A stretch of DNA of 64,000 nt from Eledone cirrhosa (taxonomy: Eukaryota): assembly GCA_964016885.1 (NCBI GenBank), contig OZ024741.1:35464001-35528000 (forward strand), read 5' to 3'. Shown here piece by piece: positions 23,389 to 38,086 of the stretch. A model generated the notes under the pieces. That model ran no database searches and had not been told where the DNA came from. It saw only the letters and a program-made list of their open reading frames with translations. The translations under genes were made by a program, and so were the position numbers. How positions within the stretch are numbered: position 1 is the stretch's first letter; each line of letters starts with the position of its first letter.

Positions 23389-25445
23389 AGATCAAAAGAT
23401 GGTTAAAAGAGTTCCATGTATTTTATTATGCGCATTTCAAAAACAAATATCATGAGATGACATTTGCGTTTTCGTCAGATAAAATAGGGAGACATGATAT
23501 GAAGGTTAAAAAACACTTGTGAATAGTGCAGTTTTAAATCAACATATGAAAAGTAATTTAAGATTGATGTGTGATATTGAGAAAAAAAATGAGGGGGGTG
23601 GAAAGGATGAACAAGAGGAGGAGTTGAGAGTAAAGAATGGTGGGGGAGGAGTATAATAAGGAAGGATGAGATAGGAGGAGAGATGGGTGATAGAAAGAGA
23701 GAGATAGCCTTTATAACTGAGAAAAATATATTGTTTCACAGGGAGAGGTTAAAAAGCCGTTGGAAGATAATATATAATTTAAAAGAATTTGAAAATTGAT
23801 GAAGAGAAAAAAAAAAAAATTAATGAAGAGAAAAAGATTAAGAATAATGTTAAATTAAGGTTTGTATATTGAAGGGTTTAATAATATGTGCGATGAAAAG
23901 AAATTGTTAATATGTATTATTAAAATAAAAATATTAATGTTATTAAGGATATAATGTGAAAAGAAGTAGAAGAGTGGATGAATTATGAATTTAGGGGAAT
24001 TAGTTAGTGTTTAAGTTTGTTTTTATGTAATGTAATATGTATGCGTAATATATGTAAATAGTTTGTTTACAAATGAGCGCAGAAAGCAAAGAAAAAAGTG
24101 TTTAAGGAAGAGAAGACTCTAACAACAAAATATATATGTTTATGAAGTATTTCCTAATGGTAATAATATAATGTAATAAAGGAGATTAGTTAGGGTTTAA
24201 GTTTGTTTTTATGTATTGTGATATGTAATATGTAAAAGTTAGACGAGCATGAAAGGGAGAAAAAAATATAATGAATTGAGGAGGAATAATCAACGTCAAA
24301 AAATGTTTATGTTTATGAAGGATTTTTAAAGGTAATACTATAAAATATTTAAAAGGTAATAATAAGTTTTATGGTCAATGATATGAAGGAAGAAGGAAGA
24401 GTGGTTATATTGTGGTGAGTAATAATAAGAATTGAGAAGTATCTAGGAAGAAAAAGTACAGATTAGAGGTTAGAAATTAAAAGAAAAGAGGAAGAAAGGG
24501 AATTGATAAATAGGAAAGATATAGAATGAGTAACTAGTGTTATATAATGTATAATAAATATCATTGAAATAAGGTAGAAAGATGGGTATATTTTTAAAGA
24601 AATATATATATATGCCTTTGAGAAAAAGGATTTTAAACTGGTAAAGTATTAGATATTAGCTGTATACTTTATGGAATGTTCTGTGGAATTTATGCAAGCA
24701 GAGAGAAAATAAGTCAGTGCGTCTATTTATTATAGAATCTAAATTAGATATAATGGTAAATTTCTCACATAAACAAAGATTACATGTTTTGGATAGAGAG
24801 GCATTCAAGTAGGGAGAGGCAGAACAAACTTTCCTCCAAGAGATGTTATAGTTAATATTTTTGTCTTTCAAGGACCATATAAGTTCTGAGAGTGCTGTGT
24901 TGGTTCTTTTAAGTTGGTATTTAAAAGAAGAATGATGATTATAAAGACGGGCTTTAAAGGAGGTGGAAGTAGAGCCAAAATAGGTAAAGGAATTGGTGTC
25001 AGTTATAACTTTACTTTCATAGATTAAGTTTTTTTCAAGACAATGTTTGTTGAGAGGACATTTATTTTTAACAGGGCAATTACAATTGCGATTAGAGAGA
25101 TTAACAGAGTTATTAACATGTGACCTAGTGTTATCTATAGGAGGAATTGGATTGGAGAAGTTATTTACGATAGGAATAATAGTTTCCTGATTTAGATTGA
25201 TATTAAGAACATTTGACGAAGTTACGTTTGACGTCGTATTTGGGTTTGCAGAAACTAGCCCAGAGTTAACAATGACGTCGGGAGTACTACTGCTATTATT
25301 ATGACATTCAGTGTTGGAAGGAAGTGATTTAATATTTAATATTTTATTGTTGTGTTTAGAGATAATGTTGGAGATGTTGGAGGAGGTCGAATAGGAAAAT
25401 TTTATAGTATGTTTGTTAAATATTTTACTATAGATATGTATTGTA
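23383..25445 (-). mobile_element. Naiad-type Penelope-like element 3' part
   Basis: CNCPVKNKCPLNKHCL, LIY..YFGSTSTSFKARLYNH, CNLCLCEK; 1.3-kb 3' UTR ending in a hammerhead and (TA)n. Confidence 0.88.
23419..23486 (-). ncRNA. Type I hammerhead ribozyme
   Basis: tattttat-CTGACGA-aaacgcaaatgtca..tgatatttgttttt-GAAA-tgcgca-TA-ataaaata. Confidence 0.88.
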
Positions 25446-25465
25446 CTACAATAAAACTCACCTCC

Positions 25466-25518
<53 letters not shown>

Positions 25519-25589
25519 AGGTAGAACACTGGAAGGTATTATCCGTAGTGGCAGAGCATTCAGTCCATGGGACGAGTTTGGTAGAAGTT

Positions 25590-25729
25590 GTAACACAACA
25601 GTTAGTTCACCATAACGAGAACAATTGTTTCACCTTATGCGGATCTTTAGCTCGGACCAGTCCGAGCTGAAGATTCGCATAAGATATGAAACAATTGTTC
25701 TCGGTATGGTGAACGAACTGTTGTTTTAC
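25590..25729. mobile_element. Palindromic double-pLTR mini-insertion
   Basis: ~140-bp hairpin with 2-nt loop at 25658-25659, one hammerhead per arm. Confidence 0.8.
25662..25704 (+). ncRNA. Minimal type I hammerhead ribozyme
   Basis: ccgag-CTGAAGA-(weak stem II)-GAAA-caattg-TT-ctcgg. Confidence 0.72.
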
Positions 25730-25731
25730 TA

Positions 25732-25847
<116 letters not shown>

Positions 25848-26089
25848 GTTTTCCTAGAGATGGGGATATCAATGGACCTGTTAGTTTTCTCTAAACATTT
25901 TTTTTTTTCGTTTCCACCACTACCCATCTCCTCAATCTTTCTATTTCTTCTTTCATTTCTCATTCCTTCTTCTGATGAAAGAATTGCGTCAGAAACGTTA
26001 AACTATTTTCCTACTATATCAAGCGTAAAACTAATAATATATTTCTTCATTGTACTGTATCGTTTGCTTTGTTATTTTTGTTTTCCTTT

Positions 26090-26171
<82 letters not shown>

Positions 26172-26285
26172 AAAAAAGTCAGTACCCCGTTGTTGTTTTT
26201 CTTGTCTGTCACGGGAGTGGTCAATGATCTGGGATGTCATGTACATAGTTAAATTCCTTCATATGGTATCTTACCACATCTTCTT

Positions 26286-26360
<75 letters not shown>

Positions 26361-26459
26361 TATTGAAGTTTCCGTAGAAAATTGAAAAAGTCATAGGAGT
26401 GAAGAGTGCTCTATGTAAGTTACAGAGCTAAATTTAATGTATAATAAACAATACAATAT

Positions 26460-26536
26460 AATTACCTCATTACCAGAGGTTTCCCGAATAAGACGAATAC
26501 AAGAACGTCCTCATTCGTTCGTCAGACAAGGCAATT
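26460..26536 (-). ncRNA. Type I hammerhead in inverted pLTR
   Basis: aattgccttgt-CTGACGA-stem II-GAAA-cctctgg-TA-atgaggtaatt. Confidence 0.85.
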
Positions 26537-28787
26537 TAAAACATAGTGAAATATTTGAAAAATCTCCTCAAGAAAGGCAAAAGTTTAACGGGCAAAAAAA
26601 ATATATATATATATATATAAAAGTAATGCAAGAGATATATAAAAATAAAATTCCGTAAGTACTCTAACCCTTTTCAATCTAAACTATCTAACGATATTTC
26701 AATATTCAAATCTTCTAAAAATAAGTTCATTTTCTCTGACAAAACTAAAAACTTATACGAAGTTAATAATAACTTACATGACCAATTCTTAACAGATAAC
26801 ATCACCTCTAAATACCAAATAGCTAATATAAACACCTATAATACTATTAATAAGGAAGCTAAAGAATTAGCTAGTTTTTTTTAAATAGACAATAGAACAG
26901 AAAAACTTGCTAAACGTAATGCCTATATCACCCTCAAACCTGATTTCATTTATCGTCCTAGTTGTAGATTAATCAACCCTGCTAAGACTGAAATCGGTTT
27001 TGCTAGCAAAAAAATATTAAATAATATAAACAAACATATTAGAAGTAAGTCTGAATTACTCCAATGGATAAATAGCTCTTCCGTAGTACATTGGTTTAAT
27101 AATATTAAAGATAAAAATAGTTCTAGATTCACCCAATTTGACATTGTAGACTTCTACCCGTCTATTACTCACCCTCTTTTAACGAAAGCCTTAAATTTCG
27201 CTAGAAAGTTTATCAATATTTCTGATATTGAAGAGAATGTCATTTTGCATGCTAGAAACACTTTACTATTTACTAATAATGACACTTGGGTAAAAAAAAT
27301 CTAACCCAGAGAACCCATTCGATGTCTCAATGGGTTCTTTTGACAGTGCTGACGTGTGTGATTTAGTCGGTCTATTCCTGCTACACACACTTAAAGAGAA
27401 ATTCCCTAACCATACCTTTGGGCTTTATCGCGACGATGGTCTTATGCTTTCCCATACCACTATAGGCTATAACTTAGATAGATTCAGGAAAGACTTTATA
27501 AAAACCTTCGCTAGTTTTAATCTTAAAATTACCATTGACACTAACCTTTCTAATGTTAATTTTCTAGATATAAACCTAGATCTGCGTACTGCTTCTTATA
27601 AACCGTACCATAAACCTAATGAACATTTAAAATATATAAATAAAGGCTCTTGCCATCCTCCTATAGTTTTTTAAAATCTTATCCCTAATATTAGCCGTAG
27701 GATCTCCACCCTCTCTTCCTCAGAAGCTATTTTCAATAAGGCATCCCCCTACTATAATAAAGCCCTTCAAAATAGCGGATTTAGCGAACTGATTAAGTAC
27801 ATACCCAACAATACTAAACATAAAAATAGGAAAAGAAAAATAATCTGGTCCCCCCCCCCCCCAGCCCCCATCCACCCCACGCAACACCAAAGCCATTGTA
27901 TATGCGGCTAAAGTAATAACCACCAGCAGCAACCTACCAGCCACCAGCGAACGATATGTGGGTATGACACAAGACAAATTCAAAACGCGTTATTACTCAC
28001 ATGTCGCATCTTTCCGACATCCTGAAAAAAGATTTACAACAGTTCTGGCTAGCAGAATATGGGATTTGAAAGACCAAGGCATCCAATATAAATTAGATTT
28101 GTCAATTTTGAACCAATCTAAAGAATATGCAAGAGGAACAAGAAGATGCGCACTCTGCATAAGTGAAAAGTATTGGATTTTACAGAACCTTAAATCACCA
28201 AAAACCTGCTTAAATGCAAAAACAGAAATTGTCACCAGTTGCCCACACATGAAATCACACTTGCTTTCCAGCTCATATAAACTTAACTCACTTTCAGATA
28301 CTTATCCTCCATAAACTCTTGTTCTGCACTTTCCTTAAATTGCCCTCTTTACAGACTTCTCTTTCTGATTTACTTTTATTTTTATTTTTAACTTTATTTT
28401 TACTTCACATCCACCAGTGACCCCCCCCCCCCCCCCTGCTTTTTGATTCACTTACTTTATATCTTCACAATTTTACATATTTTACTTCCCCCTTTTCTTT
28501 CACTACCTGATATCAAATGTCACTTGCGTTTTCAACTCCAGATATATTCTGTTGTCCCTCAGCCACTTTTATGCATGTTTACTTGCGTATAATTTGTACT
28601 CATTTATTCATACGGCTGGTTTTTATATTGTATGTATGCGTGTAAGTGTGCATGTGTGTGTATACGTGTTTGTATATGTATACGAATGCATTCGTATGTG
28701 CGCGTGTATGTGTATATGTGTGTGTGTATGTGTGTTTTTATATCTATGTTTTGTATATACTTATATATATGTGTGTGTGTGTGTGTG

Positions 28788-28833
<46 letters not shown>

Positions 28834-29623
28834 CGTGTGTGTGTGTGTGTGGGTGTATATATATATGTATATATATTTATGGTCGCGTGCGAGCGTGTGA
28901 TTAGATGTACATGTATGTATATATATATGCGCGCTTTTGTATGTATGTACGCATGTACGTGCTTTTGTCTGTACGTATTTATATATATATTTATATATAT
29001 ATATCTGTGTACGAACCTATGTATGTTTTCTATTTTTTCTAGTGTTACTTTATAATTGATAACCCCCCTCTTACTTTCTCTTTGATTAAATTTTTTTATT
29101 CTCATATATTTTTTCATTTTTTCATTTTTTTATTTTCATATTTTAATATTTTTATATATGAATCGACCTTCAGCCTGACACTGCTTTGACTGATACACTC
29201 CCTTCTCTGTATATATCACTTGCATGTATGTGGATGCGCGTGTGTGTGTGTTTATACGCGTGCTTTTATACTTCTATGAGTATATATTTCAATCCTTAGT
29301 CTGTATGTACGTTAACTCTATTATCTTACAATTTCTTTTTTCAACATATATTTTATACGTATTTGTAGTCACACATACACTGATATGCTTGCCCTCATGT
29401 ATGTACTTACGCACACATTTTTTCACTATGCACATGCATTTGTACATACACACATATGTACATTTGTAGGTGCATATACACACATTTATACACATACCCT
29501 TACTATATTTCCTTATTTTATTTTTATATATCTCTTGCATTACTTTTATTTATATATATTTTTTTTGCCTGTTAAACTTTTGCCTTTCTTGAGGAGATTT
29601 TTCAAATATTTTACTATGTTTTA

Positions 29624-29701
29624 AATTGCCTTGTCTGACGAACAAATGAGGACGTTTCTTGTATTCGTCTTATTCGGGAAATCTCTGGTAATGAGGTAAT
29701 T
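29624..29701 (+). ncRNA. Type I hammerhead in 3' pLTR
   Basis: Same motif as 26460-26536, sense orientation. Confidence 0.82.
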
Positions 29702-29722
29702 ATATTGTATTGTTTATTATAC

Positions 29723-29792
<70 letters not shown>

Positions 29793-29831
29793 TATATATA
29801 TATAAAGAGAGAAAGAGAGAGAGAGAGAGAG

Positions 29832-30123
29832 AGTTGGTGCTGGTGGTGGTGGTGGTGGTGGTGGTTTAGTTGGTGGTGGTGGTGGTGTTGGTGGTATAGT
29901 TGGTGATAGTGGTGGTGGTAGTGGTGGTGGTGGTGGTAGTGGTGGTGGTGGTGGTGCTGGTGGTATAGTTGGTGGTAGTGGTGGTGGTGGTGCTGGTGGT
30001 GCTGGTGGTGGTGGTATAGTTGGTGGTGGTGGTGGTGGTGCTGGTGGTATAGTTGTTGGTAGTGGTGGTGGTGGTGCTGGTGCTGGTGGTGCTGGTGCTG
30101 GTGGCATAGTTGGTGGTGGTGGT
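29832..30123. repeat. Compound (GGT)n repeat
   Basis: GGT/GCT/AGT triplets with recurring ATAGTT. Confidence 0.92.
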
Positions 30124-30327
30124 CGTCGTCATGTTCGTAGTGATGGTCGTGGAAAATAAAATCACATGATGGTATGAGAGGGAGTAATAAAGGAGAGAAT
30201 GATTCAAGTGTGACCCACTTCCCAAGGTGACAGGCCCGCCCCAGGGTAACATATTTGTCATCCTGTGCGTTAGGGCAATGAAATGTTTCCATAACAGGCT
30301 GAGATTTCCATTATTTCAAACTGCTCA

Positions 30328-30440
30328 TGGTGGACCAGCAGAGTCGGTAGAGTGTCGACCAAAATGCTTTGCAGCATCTGTTCTGAATATCTACGTTCTG
30401 GTTTAAAATCCCGCTGAGGTCAACTTTCCAGTGTCGATAA
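30328..30440 (+). mobile_element. Diverged SINE 5' part
   Basis: GCAGAGTCGGTAGAGTGTCG...AAATCCCGCTGAGGTCAACTTT. Confidence 0.65.
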
Positions 30441-30585
30441 AATGTAATTTAGAATATGTGCGGGCGTATATGGGCGTGAATGTGTGTATGTTTGTGTTTG
30501 TGTGTGTGTGTGTCTGTGTGTGTCTGTGTGTGTGCGTGTGTGTGTGTGTGCGCGTGTGTTTGCATAATCATTTGCACATCCACGA

Positions 30586-30971
30586 ACACCACCACCATCA
30601 CTATCATCTCCATCATTACCACCAGCATCACTACCACAACAATCATCACTACCACAACCATCATCACCACCACCACCACCAATGTCATCATAACTACCAC
30701 CACCATCATTACTACCATCATCATCACTACCACCACCATTATCACTACCACTACAACCACTACCACCAATGTCATCATAACTACCACCACCATCATCCCC
30801 ACCACGATTACCATCCCCACCACCACCACATCACCACCACCAATGTTATCATAACTACCACCACCATCATCACTACCACCATCACCACTACCACCACCAT
30901 CACCACCACCATCATCACTACCACCATCATCACGACCACGATCATCATCCCCACTACCACCACCATCATTC
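30586..30971. repeat. Compound (CAC/CAT/TAC)n repeat
   Basis: Visible triplet repeat. Confidence 0.92.
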
Positions 30972-31704
30972 ATGGTTCATGATAACAAGTTCATCAAGGT
31001 TAATTGACGGAGACAATTGTACCACCTCCTGCTTCTCCCCCTCCACCTCCGCCATCATACACACACAAACTTACATACACCACCACATTCACACACACAC
31101 ACACCTTATTGATACACACATGCACACAGACACACACCTTATTGAAACACACTTGCACACACAACTAAAGACACACAAACGTACACACACACACACACAC
31201 ACAAACATACACACATATCGCACATGCATACATACACACACACGCAGAAACACACAGCACATACAGGAACCCTACGAGCAATGAGGAGGGAGCCCCTATG
31301 TCATCGCTCGACATGCTAGAAATAGCAGCCCAATGTCCCCTGAATCACACGTAAAATATATAGGACATTAGATTATGCAATCGTAGAGATATAAAAGATA
31401 GGCTGATCAAAGCTGGAGCATCTGTAATCATAGGTTTTCTCGACCAATTAGCTATGAATTGGGAGGTCCTGAAAAACGTTGAGGGCACTGTTAATCCCTC
31501 TCTGACTAAAGAGTAAACAGATGAGAATAATGATGAAGTGGAGCAGTGCCAAGTTTACAATTGTGTTTAGGTGTGCTAGTGGATACAAGGTTTGGCAGAC
31601 ATATCTATAGCACAGAATGGATCATATTCAACTGGGTGATGTCTAAAAACATCTGACTGATAAAATGACAAGTCAGTCAATGATATTGGTGGCCTCCCCA
31701 CAGC

Positions 31705-32315
31705 CCCGGCGGACAGAATGGAGAAGGCTTTTCCCCGGAGGACGGCAAGGGAGACGCGCTGGAAAAGCCATTCCAGCTCACGAGACTCACACCTGCGGCT
31801 GGCCTGCTCAAATATATCGCGGTGAGTAGGGAGTAGCCCCAGGGCCGAGGACACCAGAAGTCTCCACTGCCAAGGGTACAACCGCAAACCTGTCGGAGAG
31901 CGGTCGGCATTTGAAGAGTTTGGCCTCCTCAGCCCGACGTGCAGCAGAACCTGGGTTAGTTGCAGACTGCACCAGGTTGCGGCTGGAGAAAGTGTCGGTG
32001 CAAATGGCATCCCAGACGAGGGGTTTTCCACCTCGGAACGGGAAGATGGTCATGCCATCTGGCTTTTTGCCGTCCCCTCGGTCCAGCCCCCACCGGCTCG
32101 AGCTGGGAAGGGAAGCCTGCAGTGTCCAAGCCATGCTTTATGACCTCGTTGAGGGCAGCATGGCGTGGAAGGCATTGTGGCGACAGAAAAGCTGGTGGAG
32201 ACCGAAAGAGTCCACGGTGGATCCACAGCAACATTTGTGTGGCTCGCAGATCCTGAGGCCAAACCTCAAGGAAACGCCAATGCGCAACATATTGCTTGAT
32301 ATTGAAGGTAATTCA
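31705..32315 (-). mobile_element. CRE-like RLE non-LTR retrotransposon 3' fragment
   Basis: CCCGSTVDSFGLHQLFC, RHAALNEVI, LEPVG, KPDGMTIFPF..LVWDA, EEAK, VPLAVETSGVLG, FQRVSLAVLRG. Confidence 0.85.
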
Positions 32316-32399
32316 TAGAAAGACACCAGCTCCATCAAAATCTGTAAACCCGTAATCTATACATAAATTATATTAATCCTAACTCAATTCCACTAAATC

Positions 32400-32980
32400 C
32401 CACCCTACTCACATCAAATAAACTACCCCTTGTCGCAATTCTACTGCCTCCACCGCCTTTTCTATCCGAGAGTCTGATTCTGAGATTTAGTAACATCATA
32501 TGTTCTGTTTCTTCTTACAATGCCTTTACCTCCAGCCAGCCATCGACACTGTTCATCCGTCACCAGGCTTTCATAATCAAGTGCACCATTGAAAAGTAAG
32601 AAGGCAGTGCCATCTAGTGCCCCTTTCCTTTAGGCAACGGGTCCGCATCACATCCTCTTTACCTGACCGTATCTCGGATCATCTGCATCGTATCTTCCCC
32701 ACTCCCACTTACCACCCCTCGCCATCTAACCTCTTTAGCACACTATTCTACGATACTTTTATATTTTCCAATCCGACCCCATTATATCCCACATCTTACA
32801 CGAACCTCCCCCTTTCCGATGCGACTGTAATCTGACCGACTTTCTGGACCATATCTTCTTCACTCCTCACTACACACAACCAGGACATTTTGCCTTCTAT
32901 TTCCGTTGCAATATCTGGTCCTTCATCCACATCATCACCTTACATGCATCGGGGTTATCTTACCACGGACCGCTTAAAGT
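32400..32980 (+). pseudogene. Highly decayed Penelope-like (Neptune-type) RT thumb/linker remnant
   Basis: RIFPTPTYHP, FQSDP, EPPL..RCDCNLTDFL resemble RIP..TYHP...PP...RR..NL.D.LV. Confidence 0.45.
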
Positions 32981-32989
32981 CTAAAAAGT

Positions 32990-33260
32990 CAAAAGTCTAT
33001 CTCGAGTTCGAAGGTTCATCAGGCGTCTGCTTATTTCGATTTTAATGGCATCAAGCTATCTAGAGTACAAGATTTCCCCTGAACAGGACACCACTCCATC
33101 ACTGCGTTAAACCTGATTATACTGGAGCAACGTGAAATGGAGTGTTATTTGAGGGGGGGGGGGGGGGGGCTCAAGAACACAACACACAACTCGTTCCAGA
33201 AATCAAACCCTCAACATTATGGAGCTAAGTCCAACACCCTAACCACTAGACCATGCGCCT
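32990..33260 (-). mobile_element. Second tRNA-derived SINE family
   Basis: Minus strand starts GGCGCATGGTCTAGTGGTTAGGGTGTTGGAC (A-box), followed by degenerate B-box and GTGTTCTTGAGC. Confidence 0.7.
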
Positions 33261-33397
33261 TCACATCAAAATATGTTATTGCATTGGATGTCATGCCATC
33301 TTTGTGGTGCGGTGCAGCAGTCTCCAACTCTTTTTACGATTCGAATCCCAAATATTACTGATGGACTCTAAAGAACCCTTAAACTTGATATCTCATG

Positions 33398-34460
33398 GCA
33401 ATCAATCAATCACGTTCCCACAACTGGTACACCCAGTCGTCAGGATGACACTCTAGACGCTTTCGTAGTCAGCCGTCGCCACTGGTCTCTATGTGTAGGA
33501 GGGTCTCAATGTTGTGACCAGTCCAGTCTTTGATGTTATCAGACCAAGATTTTCTTTGCTTCTCTTTCGCCCTCCCTCAACTATACCCTGAAGGATGGTT
33601 TGAGACAAGGAGTTTAAGCTGGATACATGACCATACCAGTCAAGTTTCTGTATTTCCATCATCGCAATGAGTGGTTCTTCTCTGAAAGCATATTTGTTAA
33701 ATTGCCGCCTGACAAAGCTGTTTGCTTTGCACTGCGTGTACGGGATGTGTAGCAACCTTCTGAGGCACTTGTCCTCGAATGTCTGGATTCTTTGTTCCAT
33801 GTCAGCTGTGAGAGTCCAACTATCACACCCAAACAAAAGGATCGAAGTCACCAAGGACTTGTACAATTTAGCTTCGTTGGAAAACTGATGGAATTGCTTT
33901 TCCATATGGAAAAGTAATAGGCTAGGGTCAGCTTGTGAGTACTAGCCAATTCCAGGAGGCGGAGTCCACGATCGTTTGTTTCTCCAAACCCAAATAATCC
34001 CACTGTACCTGCCCATTGGTCATATGCACCCGGGCCTACTTTGGCATTCCAGTCTCCTAAGATGATGCGAATGTCTTTTTTTAGGAGCCGTCTTGATAAT
34101 TTTCTCGAGGTCTTCTTAGAACTATTCAACACCATCATCGTCATAATCGAGTGTTGGTGCATAGACTTGTATGATGGTAATGTTCTGTGTTGTTGCAGCA
34201 TGGTCATGAATCTGCTGGATACTGGTGTACAGCTAATGACTGAGCTCACTCTGATTTTGTTAACGATAAAACCCACTCCATGTTCGTGCATGTTGTCATC
34301 ACCGCTGTACCACAGTTTGTGGTCTTCATCTGTAGTTGTCTAACCACATCCAGTACACCTGGCTTCAGCATATTTCATGTGTATCTGGCAAGTTCATGTG
34401 TAAGTTATTTCGTCCTTCCATAAGCATATAGAGTGCGGACGTTCTATATCCCCAAAACAG
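33398..34460 (-). mobile_element. RTE-clade LINE with RT core deleted
   Basis: APE motifs HEHGVGFIV, ILGDWNAKVG, NDRGLRLL joined to C-terminal KLYKSLVTSILLFGCDSWTL, WYGHV; short (GATT)n tail. Confidence 0.82.
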
Positions 34461-35289
34461 TATTTTCTTTTAAAAAAAAGTTGATGGTTCTTGATGTGGG
34501 CCTCGTTTGCCTTAAAAATGTGAGGGGGACAAACCAACATTTGTTGATTCTTAAAGGAGCATAAATTACTTATGGTGCCTTTCCCAGACCCTATCACATA
34601 AGTAAAATTTTACGCTAATTAAATTTTATATATTCAAATGAAGTTCAGATATAAAAAAAATAAGCTTTAAAAGAATTTATTATATCAAATAAACAAAAAA
34701 TAAAATATAAACGTTTGAAAAGGTGGGGGGGGGGGTACCCCCTGGTACCCCCCTGAAAGAAAGCCCTTGTGTGAGTGTTATTATCATCATTGTCGTCGGC
34801 ACAAACCCAAATAGTGTTAGGAGAATTATAAAGAACACTTAAATTTGATAATAGAAAAAAAATAGATTTTAGGGAATAAATACTTGACATGAGACACCAC
34901 ACCATATCACACAGGCCTGTAGACCACCACTTTAATTCTCTAGGTCACTCTCTACTGCATCTCGTTGTTCTGATGTATCATACAACATGGTACTTACTTG
35001 ATCTCTCTTCGCCATAAACAGCCATTAATCTTCCTTGGTGTTATTAACAGCTTCCTCATTGAGACCTCCTCTATTTTCATCCCTCAGACAACCATTTCAT
35101 GCGCCAAATCGAGAGAAGGGAATCGTGCCTAAAAAGGAGCCCTGCAAGGTAGAATGGCTGATGCAGTGGGTATCGCTGCATGTCCTCTACTGCAATGCTT
35201 TTTGCCATCTTGTCCGCAGCGTACAGCTGAGATATACCGCCCGGGTAAGAGTGTAGAGTTTCCCCCTCCAAGTTTATTAACCACAAACT

Positions 35290-35950
35290 TTCTTGATTTT
35301 AAACATCCCCTTCCTTCGTTTCAGTTATAAGACATTATACTTCAAAATCCATTTTCTAGCCGTACACCAACTCGCTGTATAAACATCCACGTGCGTACAC
35401 CCTACGCTACCCCTATTCTTTACACATTCATACACTTTACCACCACCCCATCTACCACAAAACCACACACTACATTTTGACAACTTGCAGACGTTCACTC
35501 ATAACTTCCTTCTTCGCTGCTCCCACGCTTGTCACAAACACACACAAACATACTTGAGAAATTGTGGGAGGAAATACAAGAACTGTGTACTGACATTTAG
35601 TACATACATCAATTTTTTCGTCTCTCAGGATTATTTTTTTGGTCATTGCTCACTCTCCTGTGCCATAAAACCAACTTATGTACCGCAGAACTCCCTGTCT
35701 ACCACTTACTTTCAACATGCTACATCTATTAATAAGTATCACTTTGTTTTAGACTTAACTTCCGATACCCCTTTCCCTTCCAATTTTTCTTTACCTTTGC
35801 CCGTCTTGACGAAGGAGTATTGCCCGAAACATAACCATATCCTTCTTTCCTTTCCTCTATACTGTTAACCACCATAACTTTGTAACTTGTTTGTTGTTTC
35901 CGTTTTGTTATTGGTCCCGTTTCGCCTGCATATCACTTACCTGAATATCG
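35290..35950 (+). mobile_element. Decayed Penelope-like 3' end with degenerate hammerhead
   Basis: TTGACGA-aggagtattgccc-GAAA-ca-TA at ~35806-35833 followed by T-rich tail. Confidence 0.4.
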
Positions 35951-36085
35951 TAGACACATATACATACATACATATACCATTATATACACACACACGCTCA
36001 CGCACATGCAGGCACACACACGTAATCACACGCATATACAAAGACTTTCATATTGAGTGAAAGCACATCTACCTATATATATATA

Positions 36086-37075
36086 CTAGCAGTAAAGCCC
36101 GGCGTTGCTCGGGGTCGCTCAGTAGCTGTGTTAAAGTTACAATGTTAAGTTTCTTTTTTGGCTTAAAAACTGTAGTGTCTACTGTGCAGACTTGCATGTG
36201 GTGTTTTTGATTAATATTCCCTCAACCAACAATATGCCTTATGAAGTTAAGAAAACATAACGATAACCCGAATGTTATAACAAAAGAGGATGCTGGGGAT
36301 AGAAACTGCACTGGTTATTTATTAACAAAGATCGAAAATGTAAACACTGCAACGCAGAGAAAAACATTAGCTTAACCAAATTATCAGTTATGTCTGTCTG
36401 CACGCCTATATCACCTCTCTGCACGACTGTCTGTCTGCACGCCTATATCACTTCTCTGCACGACTGTCTGTCTGCACGCCTATATCACCTCTCTGCACGA
36501 CTGTCTGTCTGCACGCCTATATCACCTCTCTGCACGACTATCTGTCTGCACGCGTATATCACCTCTCTGCACGACTGTCTGTCTGCACGACTGTCTGTCT
36601 GCACGCCTAACGACGAAATATTTGCTTGTTTTACGTAGTCTTTAAATAGACTTGTTTTCAAGTAAAAATATTGTTTTAAAATGCTTTTAAATGGAAATGA
36701 AGCAAAACGGAAGCTTAGTGTTCGAACTGATGAATTTTGCAGGTCAATATTTTGCTGGCTCGACAACTGTTCGTGTATTGTATTGTGTTAATGTCATTTT
36801 AAACGCTGAGAAAGCCAGCGTAATTTTTTACGTAAGACGCTCAATGTAAACAGAACAAAGGGAAATAACTGATAACTTACGCTCAAAAATCGATACATTA
36901 TATTCGATTTCGTCACATAGGGTGGGTCAATTTGAAATATTTTTTTTCCGATGTCTTCGCTAGGGCTCAATGTATAAGTATAGCAATTTCGGTGCAATTC
37001 CGTCAGAGATTCTAAGAGGAGATGTGTGCCAAAAATCGATAGACAGACAGACAACCACAGTTTTATATATATAGA
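36086..37075 (-). mobile_element. Non-autonomous Helitron with internal 37-bp tandem repeat (36390-36610)
   Basis: Minus strand: A^TC start, (TGTC)n near 5' end, subterminal hairpin CCCGAGCAACGCCGGG, CTAG^T end. Confidence 0.82.
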
Positions 37076-37080
37076 TTATA

Positions 37081-37502
<422 letters not shown>

Positions 37503-37504
<2 letters not shown>

Positions 37505-37973
37505 AGTCGTTTGGAAGCCTCGACAATGCAAATGGGTAAATCTCCGGGTAACAAGGTCCGGTGGTGGAGAGAGAGATATGTAAGTGGGTGTACGTTGAGA
37601 AGCGTGGTGTGTGTAAGATGTGTGAAATGTGTAGAATGAAGGGAAGAGTAAAAGGGTAAAAATAATAATAACAACACAAGAGAGAGAGAGAGTTACCTTG
37701 GGAGAGATTTAATAGTCCCTATATATTTCGGATTCACATCCATCAACTGGGGTTTTTCCGGGGTGGGGGAAAAGGTTGTCTGTCGGACAACTCGGAACGC
37801 GTCTTTCGCTGTTTGTTGATTTGAATATCTGAGGTATTCGGCCGAGCGCGCGTGCGCGTGAAATGGGGTCGGTCGTACAGAGGTCAGCGGCCGAATGAGG
37901 GAGTGGGATGGCGCTAGCTGTCAGTTTGTTAAATGTTACTGTGTGTGTGTGTGCGTGTGTTGTTGTCTCGCTT

Positions 37974-38025
<52 letters not shown>

Positions 38026-38040
38026 GTTGTTGTCTCGCTT

Positions 38041-38086
<46 letters not shown>

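Larger units (their letters stand above)
26435..29726 (+). mobile_element. Naiad-type Penelope-like element with inverted 5' pLTR
   Basis: SDKT, CRLINPAKTEIG, FDIVDFYPSI, MGSFDSADVCDLVG, LYRDDG, YVGMTQDKFKTRYYSH, CALC; 26435-26651 is the reverse complement of 29515-29726. Confidence 0.93.

Noticed and set aside
29717-30982. Poly-Pro, poly-His and poly-Thr ORFs (formin- or mucin-like)
   Set aside because: Triplet repeats open in several frames and running into (TA)n/(GT)n
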